64,000 nucleotides of DNA from Octopus sinensis (Eukaryota). Below are positions 12,400-25,259 of the stretch, in pieces. The stretch is taken from positions 31,124,001 to 31,188,000 of the forward strand of contig NC_043006.1 in NCBI RefSeq assembly GCF_006345805.1, given 5' to 3'. The notes beneath the pieces are model-generated. The model saw nothing but the letters and a program-made list of their open reading frames with translations, did no database searches and had not been told where the DNA came from. Position 1 is the stretch's first letter. Each line of letters starts with the position of its first letter. The translations under genes and the position numbers were made by a program.

Positions 12400-12620
12400 T
12401 ACTAGCAGAGATACTCGGCGTTGCCCGGTTACATTCAATTGAAGAATTAGACTTTTCTGTTATATTTTCTGTAATGAACTGGAATATCTACGTTTCGAAT
12501 TTCATCAAAATTGCAGATGAGGGTTATTTCCCTCATTACACACCCTAAAAAATTTGTAATCGTACCACATGTACCCCCATACTACTGATTTTTATGCGCA
12601 TATTCCAAAATTCCAGTGTT
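12400..12620 (+). mobile_element. Non-autonomous Helitron/Helentron-like element, 5' part
   Basis: Starts in a TA tract with actagcagagatactcggcgttgcccggttac. The same head recurs at 15041-15105 and a related head at 13704. Confidence 0.6.
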
Positions 12621-12929
12621 ATTGAACCTGTTAAAAAGATATTGCTCCTAAAAAATAAAGGTCATGGAGCTCTAAAATGTGAGAGTTAAGGCCCCTGCTG
12701 GGGGTGGGCATCTTAATGTCAATCAGAAAAGTTGAATTGTTGAAAATCTTTTTAACCTGGGTGTTATTTCTATTGTTTGAATTTCTGGGTTTGTAAAAGA
12801 GAGCAAAGCTACAGGAAACCAAAAGACGAATGATCACAATAAGCAGTCAGTTACCCTACCCTAGTCGTTACTTGAAGTACCGGTTCAAGAACTATGTTAT
12901 ATATATATATGTATGTGTGTGTGTTTACA

Positions 12930-12972
<43 letters not shown>

Positions 12973-13094
12973 ACACACACCACACACACACCACACACAC
13001 ACACATACACACACACACAAAGATAAATTGATAGATACAACTGAGTGGGCAAACAAAAATATGAGACACTTCGTAGTGCTGTTTTATATTTTGA

Positions 13095-13370
13095 TAAACC
13101 TGGTACTTATTCTATCAGTTTCCTCTTGTGAAACCAGTTGTGAAGCAGTGATGAGGGAGAAACACGAAGACACACAGATAGACTTACATATATACATACA
13201 TATACATACAATTGATTTCTTTCAGTTTCTGTCTACAAAATCCACTGACCAGGCTTTGGTTGGTCTCAGGCTATAGCAGAAGGCACATGCCAAGTTACTA
13301 CACAGTGGGACTGAACTGAGGACCATGTGTTTTGGAACCAAGTTTGTTACCACACAGCCACACCTGCACT
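13095..13370 (-). mobile_element. SINE family A copy (diverged)
   Basis: ttctttcagtttctgtctacaaaatccactgaccaggc...accacacagccacacctgc. Confidence 0.8.
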
Positions 13371-13582
13371 TATGTATGTGTGTGTGTGTGTGTGTAGGTG
13401 TGTGTGTGTATGTGTGTATGGGTGTATATATGTATGCATGTATATATATGTGTATATATATGTGTACATATTACATGTACATCTATATATATATATATAT
13501 ATATCTAGACATACATGTATATCTATAGAAATACATGTATACATATACATGTATACATATACAGCTATATATATACATGTAT

Positions 13583-13641
<59 letters not shown>

Positions 13642-13642
13642 G

Positions 13643-13703
<61 letters not shown>

Positions 13704-13705
<2 letters not shown>

Positions 13706-14103
13706 TAGCAGTATCGCCCGGCGTTGCTCGGGTTTGTAAGGGAAATAACTATATAAGCATTTTTAGTGAGTTATAGCAAAAAGAGAGCAAAAAATGCATT
13801 AAAAATGGAATAAAAAATGATGGTAATTCTTTTTTTAAATCGTTGACTCATCGTAGACATTTTTAGAGAGTTACCTCCTTTATATAATAGCGAAAAATGC
13901 ATTAAAATGGAATAAAAAATGATGGTAATTTTTTAAAAAATCGTAGACTCATCGTAGACGCGCGCTAATACCCAGAAGGGCTCGATATGAATCACGACTA
14001 TAAGATACCCGGTTTTGGTTACACTGCACCGCAAAATGTGGGAGTAGTTAGGAATCTAAATCGTAGGAGACAGACACACAACCTTACTTTTATATATAAA
14101 GAT
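13704..14103 (+). mobile_element. Non-autonomous Helitron/HINE-like element, complete-looking
   Basis: 5' actagcagtatcgcccggcgttgctcggg, internal repeats (tgcattaaaa..ggaataaaaaatgatggtaa), and 3' agacagacacacaaccttacttttatatataaagat, a typical HINE/Lep1-like end. A second partial copy follows. Confidence 0.7.
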
Positions 14104-14299
14104 TTGTGCAACAACTAAAACATTTGGTTGTGCAAATTGTTTGCACAGGAAACCTGCCCTGTGTGACGGTTTTTGCCGTTTTTGTGGATCTGTTTCAGCT
14201 TTTTTAGCGATTTCTGTTTTGGCGACTTCAAGCCATGAAGTCGTTGTTCTAAAAGAACGCTGGTCTCCTTCACAACGCATTACGACGTTGATTTCCTTA

Positions 14300-14619
14300 C
14301 ACTCCCTTCCCCACAGCTTCACGAGGGAGGGAAGAAGGGGGAGAAGCAGCACAGGTGCAGGCGTGAGCGTGGACGCCAACTCCGCCGCCATCGACACACG
14401 AAAAAATATGCATTAAAATGGAATAAAAAATGATGTTAAATTATTTTTAAAATCGTAGATTCATCGTAGACGCGCACTAATACCCAGACAGGCTTGATAT
14501 GAATCACGACTATAAGATACCCGAATTTGGTTAAACTGCACCGCAAAATGTGGGAGTAGTTAGGAATCTAAATCGAAGGGGACAGACACTCACACAACTA
14601 CAGTTTTATATATATAGAT
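14300..14619 (+). mobile_element. Second copy (3' part) of the HINE-like element
   Basis: 14400-14619 aligns with 13890-14103 (cgtagacgcgc..taatacccaga...gggagtagttaggaatctaaatcg...tttatatatatagat). Confidence 0.75.
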
Positions 14620-14624
14620 ATATA

Positions 14625-15040
14625 TACATATAAGGTTAATCCAAACGGGAAAACAGAAAAAACAACAACACAAGGAGGTGGAACAATTAAAGTATTATTA
14701 TTAGGCGCTCAGGAAAAATGGAAGAAGGAGGGTATGACGTTTCGAGCGGAGCTCTTCGTCGGAAACATAAGAGAAAGAAAGATCCCGAGGTGAAGGAACG
14801 GAGGGGAAAAAAACGCGACTGGTTTTTACGAAGTAAACATGCTATATATATATATAGTTAATCCAAACAAGAAAGCACAAAAAGACTCAACAACGCGAGG
14901 ACGTGGAACAATTATAGTATTATTGGACGCTCAGGAAAGAAGGAAAGAAAGAGGGTTTAACGTTTCGAGCGGAGCTCTTCGTCGGAAACATAGGAGAAGG
15001 AAAGATCCAGAGAAGGGAAGACAGAGGAAAAAAAAATCGC
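14625..15040 (-). mobile_element. Two tandem Penelope-like terminal-repeat units, each with a minimal hammerhead-like motif
   Basis: Units ~14625-14820 and ~14850-15040 share gttaatccaaac...gacgctcaggaaa...cgtttcgagcggagctcttcgtcggaaacata. The minus strand reads CCGACGA-A-GAGC-UCC-GCUC-GAAAC-GUY. The Penelope assignment is inferred from the motif. Confidence 0.6.
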
Positions 15041-15234
15041 CTAGCAGAGATACCCGGCGTTGCCCGGTTACATTCAATTGAAGAATTAGACTTTTCTGTT
15101 ATATATATATGGATACACACACACACTCACACATACACACACATATATATATATGTATATTAATATAAATACATGAAAGTACATGAAGTTTGTTAAAAAA
15201 AGGGGATCACGTATATACCTCCTGGCTGTTGAGA

Positions 15235-17885
15235 TTATAACACCTCGTTGTAAACAATGTTCCTTGTTTATCCTTGTGGAGCATATACAAAAAGGTTTCT
15301 TTTGGTTCCTACTCTTGAGCAGCCAACATACAGTTGCCCATGTGAGAAGCAGGGCTCTTGCAAGAGAAGACCAGCTACAGAGAGGGTTTGACCCTGAGAT
15401 TTGTTAATGGACATGGCAAAGCTGACACGAAGGGGGAATTGCAGTCTTCTGAATGTAAATGGAATTTCTGCTCCTGATGGAGTAAGAGGAATTCTTGGAA
15501 TAAAGACGTCATCACATTTTCCACATCTAGAAAGAATGATCGCCTCGATAACGTGTGACATCATTTTCTTTATCACCAGTCGTGTTCCATTGCAAAGTCT
15601 TGGTGGTTCCAGATTGCGGAGTAGCATTACAGGAGTTCCAACTTTAAGTGCTAATATGTGTGGGGGTAGTCCAGGAGGCTCCAGTGAATTGAGAAATTCA
15701 GAAGGATAGTTCAGAACTTCATTTATATCTGGAATTGTATCAACAGACTTGTAAGTGTGTATAGTGGCGGGAAGAGAATGCATTAGCTGTTGATTAATTT
15801 TGTTAACAGCGACGTTTTTTGGAACTAATATTGCTCTTTCACACAGCCAATTGTGATTTTGGTAGTTTTGTATGAAGTTGGGAAAGACTTTGTTTTTGAG
15901 GTCATCTATAGAATTAACAACAGAGGAAAATGATCACACTTCCATTTGTCCTGCAGCATCGAGAGGCATCTTGCCTTCACCAAATGTCAAAATGTCCTGT
16001 GCAAACTTTGTGAACATTTTGTCGCCGTGTAGCTGAGCTCTCATGTTAGTGGTGAGACTGAGGATTGTAACATGATGCCACAGGGTATAGGACTTCAGGC
16101 ATGCTTGGACTTCATTTGCTCTAGTGCCTTTCAGAATGACAGGAAGAGTTTGCCTGAAATCACCTGACAACAGAAGCGTTACACCTCCCATTGGAGCCTG
16201 ACAGTCTCGATGTCTTTCAGGGCTCTATCTAATGCTTCCAAAGCTCCCTTGTGAGCCATAGTGCACTCATCCCAGACAATTAGATGACACATTTTAAGTA
16301 CTTGTCCCTGATCTGAGCTTTTGTTGATGTTGCATGAAGGCATTTCGGATGCTGTGAAATTGGGAGGGAGTTTAAAAGTTGAGCGTGCTGTCCTGCCACC
16401 GGGTAACAAAGTAGCTGCAATGCCAGAGGAGGCTACAACTACTGCAATGTCCTGATGCTGCCTAACTTCTGCAAGGAGAAGCTTTGTAATAAATGTTTTT
16501 CCTGTCCCTCCAGGAGCATCGAGGAAGAAGATTCGTCCCTCGCGTTGGCGTACACTGTTAAGAATAATTCTGTAGGCCTGCAGCTGGTCCGAAAGTAATT
16601 TAGACTCATTTTCAACAATGTAACTTTGAAAGCGCTTGAGTGTCGTAGGTTGTTTCACGAATGACAGCAGTGGGAAGGCTATTTGACCCTGACCTGAATG
16701 CTTGTGGCAGGCCATACGTCGACAATTCATTTCCACCCAGTTTAGCAATTCTGTCTTCAATGTCAATGAGTGTTTTATTATAGATTTCATTGCTGATACC
16801 CTCCATGTCATGATAGAGCAGTTGAGCTTGGCGCTGAAAGTCTTCAATCAGGTTGTCTCTATATTTGAGCCATAGAGTAGCCGGATCACACAGTTCGCAT
16901 GCCTGTAGTAATACTGCAAATAGTGCCCTGAGACTTTTAGGTGATTGTGATAAAGCAGCCTCTCCTAAAGTTGCATCCCATTGTGCACCATCTTCTAACA
17001 GACCTTGTCGATAGCAGGCTTCTCTGTATGTTGTGCAGACATGTCCATGAACGGTTTTTAGGGCCTGGAAAGACGTTGGCCCTCTGACCTCACGCAGTAG
17101 TAGACGAAGGTAGAAGCACTCTTGTTCAGTGGGATGCACTGTGTATACTCGCCCAAGGCAAGTGTGAAACTTAATGATAGGGTATCCACGAACATTTTGA
17201 CCTGCTTTCCGTGGGGCCCATTTTTTTCCATTTCAAGTGTAGTACGATGGAATCTGTGGATACAGCAAGTTTGAGCGAATGGATCCACTTGACAAAGCTT
17301 GAAGAATGCAGTGAGTGTGCTATCCCTTGGTTCCTCTGCCAACAGAGAAGCATTAGCATCAGTGAAGTACACTCTTTGACCATTTTCCAGGTGCACTGCA
17401 AGCTGTTGAATGGCGGGGTGTCGTTGATGAATTGGAAAGCCAAAGATGCACCAGAAAGCCTCGTTGCTACTTATGTACCGTCCCACCTGATAATGCGTCA
17501 CCTAATCCTGGCAGTATTCTTGTTGAAGTCCAAACATTACAGCGTCAGAACCCTTGTTTACATATTTGCAAACGTACTTGATGGATTTAACGGAGTTGCA
17601 AAATCAACGTTGATGTGGGCATTGAAAGTCTTTGATAGGAGTGGGCAGTATGGAACAATCCATCTATTATCAATATCGTGCTGTCCGATAGTTGCTGTGA
17701 AACCTCCGTCTTCTGGTTTTCTGCGTCTGTATGATGGATACCCATCAGCACCTGTCTGAGTTTCTTGTAGGAACCTCCTTGGAAATCTTTTTGACCATAT
17801 GCTGTCCTTCAAGCATGGTGAGTTTATGTTGAATCCACGCCCACATGGACCATGTACCATGTTTGCTTTAACTATTTCCTAAGTC
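15235..17885 (-). mobile_element. Helitron Rep-helicase remnant (Rep C-terminal part and PIF1-family SF1 helicase), frameshifted
   Basis: Motifs in order: MVHGPCG..N..SPC, GYPSYRRR, IDNRWIVPYCPLLSKTFNAHINV, YQVGRYISSNEAFW, HLENGQRVYF, ECFYLRLLLREVRGPTSF, FFLDAPGGTGKTF (Walker A), LIVWDEC, LLSGDFRQTLPV, RLCNGTRL, QFPLRVSFAMSINKSQGQTL, FSHGQLYVGCSRV, ending TRNIVYNEVL*. Confidence 0.96.
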
Positions 17886-17999
17886 CGGAGCGTTAAACTA
17901 ATAAACCTGTTTGCTGTTTACACACCCGTCTTCGTCTTTTGTTCGTTTCTTTTGTAAATTCCAAATATATATGTATGTATGCGTGTGTATGCATATATG

Positions 18000-18069
<70 letters not shown>

Positions 18070-18073
<4 letters not shown>

Positions 18074-19060
18074 CACACTAAAACAAACATCCCTTTCAAC
18101 TTTGCAAGAAGGATATGCACAATAGTGTCAGAACAAAATACCAGGAACTTTAGACTACAAGAACTCAAAAACACCCTAATTGACAGACACTACCCAGCTC
18201 AACTCATAGAGGATGGGATCAGACGTGCAACAGAAATCGACATAGAAACTTTGAGAAAAGTTCAACACACCTTCCCCGAAAATACTGCCTTACATATCCA
18301 CATACAACCCCAGAAACAAAGAAGCCTTCACCATTTACCAATACTTCATAAGGACCCCAAATTAAAGGAAATTCTAAACATACATAAAATCATTAAAAGC
18401 TACAAACAAGCTAAATCACTTAAAAAGATTCTCACAAAGGCAAAATTGTTTTCTGAAATTACGGATGCAAAAGTAAAAAAAATGTGGTAGACCAAACTGC
18501 GCAACATGTCCAAACCTTCTAGAAGGATCAGAATTCCTCTTCAAAGAGGGACAAAAATTCAAGATCAAATCTAATTTTACTTGTGCTTCTGAAAACATAA
18601 TTTATGTCATAAGATACTCGGGCTACCACCAAAACTACGTGGGGTCCACGGGACTATCACTCAGACGTAGATGCACACTGCATCGACAACAGATTGCATT
18701 CCCAGAATACAGAATGATACCCTTTAGTGAGCATATTGAGAAATGCGCAAAGCAACTACTATCACAATTTTTAATCTTTCCTTTTTTATCAATGTGCTAT
18801 TGGAACACCAACACAAATTAGACTAAACAAGGAAACATCCTTCATTGAAAAATATAAGCCCAAACTTAACCACTCTAACATACTTATACAGAGAAACTCA
18901 CCCCATTAAATAAAAGGGAAAAGAAATATAAAGCGATTATCTCCCTTACATCGGAAGAAATCACTTATTACCTCCCCTTACCTGGAACTCTTCTTTACAC
19001 TTCATAACGAAGTTTTGAGAAATTTGAAAAGTTAACACGAAACCGGTAATTTCTTCAATA
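18070..19060 (+). mobile_element. Penelope-like element 3' fragment (RT thumb and GIY-YIG endonuclease)
   Basis: HTKTNIPFNFARRICTIVSE...RLQELKNTLIDRHYP; then CGRPNCATC..., NFTCASENIIYVIRYSGYHQNYVGSTGLSLRRR..HRQQI (IY..Y-YVG GIY-YIG pattern). A decayed terminal motif ...cacgaaaccggt lies at ~19035. Confidence 0.9.
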
Positions 19061-19879
19061 ACTATGTCACTGTATGAAAAAACTTTATAACATTCTTCTG
19101 ACATAATGACTCAAATATATTTTTTAACCTTTTAAAAGAAGCCTTCTGTAGTTTTTTCACTTTTTACTATTTTCTTGCCTAGAGCGAGCCCATAGCAATA
19201 TCATATCTTCTCCAGTATTTCAGTATTACGTGTTAAAAGTGAAAGAAAAACATTTCTCTATTTTATGTCAGATACTTTCACTTTAACAATAAAAATTAGA
19301 GATAATAATAACAATTGAATTATATGTAGTAAGTAATAATTAAGATCAAACTATAGTATAATATAATCGTAACATAACAAAAGTAAAAATAGCAATTAGT
19401 ATAAAGTTGCATCAATGACTTGAACTTGAATAAGTGGTTTCACATGAATGGGAATAAATTAAAAATAAAATTAGCGTGCAGAAATGGAATAGTCCAGATG
19501 GATAATAAAAAATTAAATTAAAGAAAAGACTATTGTCTATAAAGTAGACAATGTAGAGAAAAAAGAAGATTTGAACACCTGGAGGAAAACACCATCGAAA
19601 AGTGTCTTGTCTTGGTGCGACCATGAAAGATATCTAACCAGAGGTGGTAAATTCGCCACAATAGAAGCAAGGTTCGAGTCAACGGAGCATGCAAGGGAGT
19701 ACTCGACTCGAACTTGCAAAGTGGAAATATTTTATTTTTACCTTTATATCTGGGACGTAGGACGTGCCGGATAAAAATTAAAAATGCCCCCCCCCCCCAG
19801 AAGTTGAGGTAGGCTGGATTGTAGCCACACTTCTATACAAGAGGGAGGACAAGATACAATTGATCGAAATTGCAAGAGA

Positions 19880-20140
19880 CGGGCTTACAATTCCAGTCTG
19901 TTATATATTTTGAGTATTGTTATCACTAGGCAAAAAGTAAAAATTTTTTGCCGATGACACTCCCCGGACCCTAAGTAAGGCATGTGTAAAATTTGAATGA
20001 AATTGGTTGTGTAGTTCTCAAGTTTTAGGGAAACAGACAGACAGACAGACAGACAGATAGTCAGACAGACAGACAGACTGACAGACAGACACACATTCTC
20101 AGTTTTATATATATAGACAGAAGATATATATATTGAAGAT
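19880..20140 (+). mobile_element. 3' end of a non-autonomous Helitron/HINE-like element
   Basis: aaaatttgaatgaaattggttgtgtagtt...(CAGA)n acacattctcagttttatatatatagac is the same end architecture as at 14103 and 14619. Confidence 0.6.
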
Positions 20141-20785
20141 AGTACGGCGTGGGTTGTAGATTTGACTGCTTTTTCTAACAAGTCTAGTTACCAGGTAACA
20201 TCTCCCTCGATGCTACTTTTGTCAACGGTAGTACTGGAAGTGTTGGCATTGTTGACAATAATCCTTCTACCCGCGAGATGGCGCTTTAATTGACATTTAA
20301 ACTAAACAAACCAAATATAGATTGAATACAAACCGGAAGAAATTAGAAACTAAATACATCGACATTATTTTTGGACCGTCGTCTCTAAAAGTCACCTCTC
20401 ACCCGCGGCACACTCGTCACACCACTACCTGTTCCCTACACGACCACCACCATCGCCCTTCCCTATCTTTTTCTACCCCTCCATCTTCTTTCTCTTTATT
20501 CTCGTCACTTACACCAGAGTTAGCCAACAAACTCCCTCGCTAACATCAACTCTCCATCCACCCCCCAACCCGTTCCGCCCCACCCGTTCGCCCCCCACCG
20601 CCTCACCAACATTCTCTCTCAACCATAACCACCCGTGTTTTCTATATTTTTTTTTTTGCTTTTCTTTAAATCAACATCTATTTTTGACAAATCTTTCCAA
20701 AGCGGACCCTAATCTCCCTAAATCTACACTCAACTAACCCTTTCCTTCCACCCACAAAATATCACTTCACCCCCCTCTCCACACG

Positions 20786-20838
<53 letters not shown>

Positions 20839-20910
20839 CAAATGCTCTCTCTCTCTCTCTCTCATACACACACACACACACGCATACACACGCAGAAACA
20901 CACAAATTCG

Positions 20911-20941
<31 letters not shown>

Positions 20942-21155
20942 TGTCTCCCTCATTCTCGCCGTCTACCGCTACCTTATCCCTGTCACCCGACGTTTCCCTT
21001 TTACTGTGCATACTTTCAATTAAATTAGCGTCACAATACCCGGGTCTACCCGACTCCTAACACCCTCCCCACCCCTCCACTGTTTGCTTTAACTTGTTAT
21101 GCACTCTCGGATGGTATGGCCTCGTCGTGGTCGTCGCCTTATTGAAATCTCGTGA

Positions 21156-21200
<45 letters not shown>

Positions 21201-21469
21201 GGTGTTCACCAACTCCCTTCATAGTCACCTCGGTCAACATGGCCAACAAGGGCCACTCCTAACCCCGCAAAATATCAACACAATTCCATCCGTGAGTCTT
21301 CATCACTTTACAATTTCTCCGCTTTCTTAAAACATTGCAGTTTGTTTTCACAAAAATCTCAATATGTGTACATGGTGTGTATAGCTGTGTGTGTGTATAC
21401 GCACCCATGCATACACACACTTATACTTCTATGGAGTGTATATATATATGTATATTATGTATATATATC

Positions 21470-21502
<33 letters not shown>

Positions 21503-22039
21503 ATATATATATACTCACACACACACACATATTATACATACATACAAACATACATACATATATACATATATATACATATATTATATGTATATATATGTAT
21601 ATATATATTGTATATATATATGTATATATATATATGTATATCGATGTATATATATATATATGTATATATAAATGTATATATATATAGTATATATATGTAT
21701 ATATATATATGTATATATATATATATGTATGTATATATGTATGTATATATGTATGTATATATATGTATATATGTGTGTGTATGCGTGTGTGCAGATCTAT
21801 CTATCTATCTATCTATCTATATATCTATCTATCTATCTATCAACATATATATGTATTGTATATATGGCTAATATATAATGTATGTGTATGTATGCATGCT
21901 TATATATATATATATAAGCATCCACACATCGTGCTTGTTCCTGTATGTATATGTGTCGTAATTGCGTACATGCAGTGTGTATACAGTTTATGCGTTTGCG
22001 CATTTATGGGTAAGCGTGAATGTGAAGTGTGTGTGTATG

Positions 22040-22106
<67 letters not shown>

Positions 22107-22483
22107 CAATATTTGTTTGGCAGCGGCGGTGGCGGGCGGGATGCTCTTTTCGGCCGTCTTTTCGTTTATTGTTATATTCCTCTAATTTCACCGATGAATG
22201 TGTTTCGGAAATGTAGCCGTACTATCAATATGAACCGTGCCGAGAGGTGGAAACTGGGTGCAGGTGTGGTCGGGTGGATCGGGTGGTTCGGGTGGATCGG
22301 GCCTGCTCTCGGTTTTGTTTGGGATCGGCTATTAAAACAGTGACCATGAAAAGGCGGCCCTCTCTTTGCAAATCGATATACTTACTCATTATTCCTACCA
22401 ATGGCAACACATTTACAGAAAACGTGTAGACAAAGGGTGAATGGCAAACACTGCTGGACATCCTCGCAATGCCCCCGCACGCA

Positions 22484-22535
<52 letters not shown>

Positions 22536-22742
22536 CACGCACACATATCTGCATACACACACACACACACACACATACAGACACTTGCACATATTTGTGT
22601 ATTTGCACAAAAGCAAATACAAACATAGCATATACAGGCAAACATGAATGCACGGGTTTTAATTACACATTACATACATACATACATACATATATACATA
22701 CATACATAAATGCATACATACATACATACATACATACATACA

Positions 22743-22778
<36 letters not shown>

Positions 22779-22884
22779 TATATACACACATATATATATA
22801 TATATATACATATATATACATCAAAATATATATATGTGTGTGTGTATATATATATTATATAATATATATATATTATATATTATA

Positions 22885-22918
<34 letters not shown>

Positions 22919-23032
22919 CACACATGTATATATTTTGATGTATATATATATATGTATATATATATATATGTGTGTATATATATATAGATGTAATATATAT
23001 ATAAGATATATATATATATATATATATATTAG

Positions 23033-23075
<43 letters not shown>

Positions 23076-23198
23076 ACACATGTATATATTTGATAAACCC
23101 ACTAGAATGGGAGAAATGTAATATGTAAAAAATGTAATATATAAAAAAATATCTGTAAAATATAAACCATCCGATCTTCTGATTACCTCATTTCTTCT

Positions 23199-23247
<49 letters not shown>

Positions 23248-23699
23248 TATATATATATGTATATATATGTCAAGGGCAAGTAAGTACGTATACAAGTCAC
23301 CTACATGCTAGAAGACGCCAATACCCCCCCCCCAACCACACACATCTTGTATCTTTTACATGTTCGGTCATTTGACTGCGGTCATGCTGGGGCACCGGCT
23401 TGAGAAATATTAGTCAAACGAATCGGCTCTAGTAGTTATTTTCTTTTTAAAACCAATAATTTTTCTATCGGTCTTTTTTACCGAAACGCTAGCTTACGGG
23501 GACATAAACGCACCAACACCGGTTGCTCTACCATATCTAAATCTTGTGCGAATGTTGAAGCAACTTCATCAATAAAAATGTTTTTCTCTCACACTTTCCT
23601 GTGAAAATATTTTTCAAATTTCCTGGCATAAATTTATTCTCCGTGTACCGTCGCTTCAACTTTCAGAAATCACTTTGCACCTCCTGAATATATGTTCTT

Positions 23700-24118
23700 T
23701 TATTCTTTTACTTGTTCCAGTCATTTGACTGCGGCCATGCTGGAGCACAGCCTTTAATCGAACAAATCGACCCCAGGACTTATTCTTTCTAAGGATAGTA
23801 CTTATTCTATCGGTCACTTTGCCGAACTGCTAAGTTACGGGGACGTAAACACACCAACATCGGTTGTCAAGCGATGGTTGGGGGACAAACACACACACAC
23901 ACACCACATGCACACACACACAGACATGCACGTACGCACACACACACACACCACACATCACACACACGACGGCCTTCTTTCAGTTTCCGTTTACCAAATC
24001 CACTCACAAGGCATTGGTCGGCCCGAGGCTATAATAGAAGACACTTGCCCATGGTGCCACGCAGTGGGACTGAACCCAGAACCATGTGGTTGGTAAGCAA
24101 GCTTCTTACCACACAGTC
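23700..24118 (-). mobile_element. SINE family A full copy (a tail-only fragment also lies at 23350-23527)
   Basis: Reverse-complement match to 6788-7250; the internal tract here is (CA)n. Confidence 0.9.
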
Positions 24119-24619
24119 ATGTTACAAACACATGTTAAAATACTCAAAAACCATGTCAGGTAAGATTTTTAATGACATATGACATTTTTCGCCCATTGAC
24201 GTTTGTATAAAGTTTTTCAATTCTTCTGAAATTTCAATTTTGAACCCCTCACCCCAACCTCCGAATTCTTTTGTTTCAATACGATCTTCCGGTTTGTAGA
24301 TTTGAATAATAGTTTGAGCACTCGTTCGAGGTATCTGATATAAAACTAATGTCAATTACAGAGCAATCTTCATCATAAATTGACGTAATTACTCGTTTAG
24401 CTTCATTAAAAAAACCTCTTCCTCTGGTTCACTGGGATCGGTGACGAATACAACTGCTGACAAGCGTTAAATTTAAGTTGACAATAATGAAATTAAAGCT
24501 AATGGTGAAATCGAAGTTGATGATAACGTAATCGATATTGCCGATAACGATATTGAAGTTGACGATGACGAAATTGAAATTGATAAAGTTAAAGTTGCTA
24601 ATATCGAATTTGGCGGGAC

Positions 24620-25162
24620 ACGAAAATTTTTCCCACGAGAGTTCTGGACCCAGTTATGAACTCATTTGCATACAGCCAATCAGGGTTCAACTAAAAAACT
24701 AAATTATGAGCGCGTAACAAGTGATGGGCGATAAGATAAGGTCACTTGGGTAAGGAATGACCATACGTCTTTTCTCTTTTAAGAAGGCTTGTTGTTCTTG
24801 TTCTTGTTTCAACCATGGCTGCCTCTGCGTAGTTATTTGTGCTGTTGTTAATTTTGTAAAAGAGTAAGGTGAGACGGTTGCTAGCACATCATCCTCAACC
24901 CACATTTTTCCCATCCACATCTTTACCACATGGGGCCCTAACAAAATCCGATAATAGATACAGATGCAAATCTAATTAGTTGCCTCCTTCTAAAATCAGG
25001 CACAACTTCGCGATTGGTCGACTTACAGTACAGTTCTTCGTCTTGAGTTTACTTGGTAGAGTGTGTTTGTTAACTTGACAACAAGGTCAAGATGAGCTCT
25101 GATTGGCTGTATGCAAATGAATTCATTACTGGGGTCCGGAACTCTCGTAGAAAAAAATTCGC
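24620..25162 (-). mobile_element. Internally deleted Mutator-like (MULE) element with ~65-bp TIRs and 9-bp TSD
   Basis: TIRs 24620-24683 and 25099-25162 (ctgattggctgtatgcaaatga.ttcat.actggg..cc.gaactctcgt). TSD tggcgggac at 24611-24619 and 25163-25171. The minus strand encodes NNSTNNYAEAAM (~24815-24850), similar to the TNNxxE motif of MULE transposases. Confidence 0.8.
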
Positions 25163-25259
25163 TGGCGGGACAACCCCTTAAAAATAATCTACAAGATTTT
25201 TTATTTTGTCACTTTTTATTAATGATTATTATTTTTTCAGTTTTATATTTAAAAGATGA

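Noticed and set aside
19667-19717. 13-bp hairpin gcaag(g)ttcgagtc / gactcgaacttgc
   Set aside because: It is isolated, with no Helitron CTRR end, Pol III context or second copy to give it meaning.
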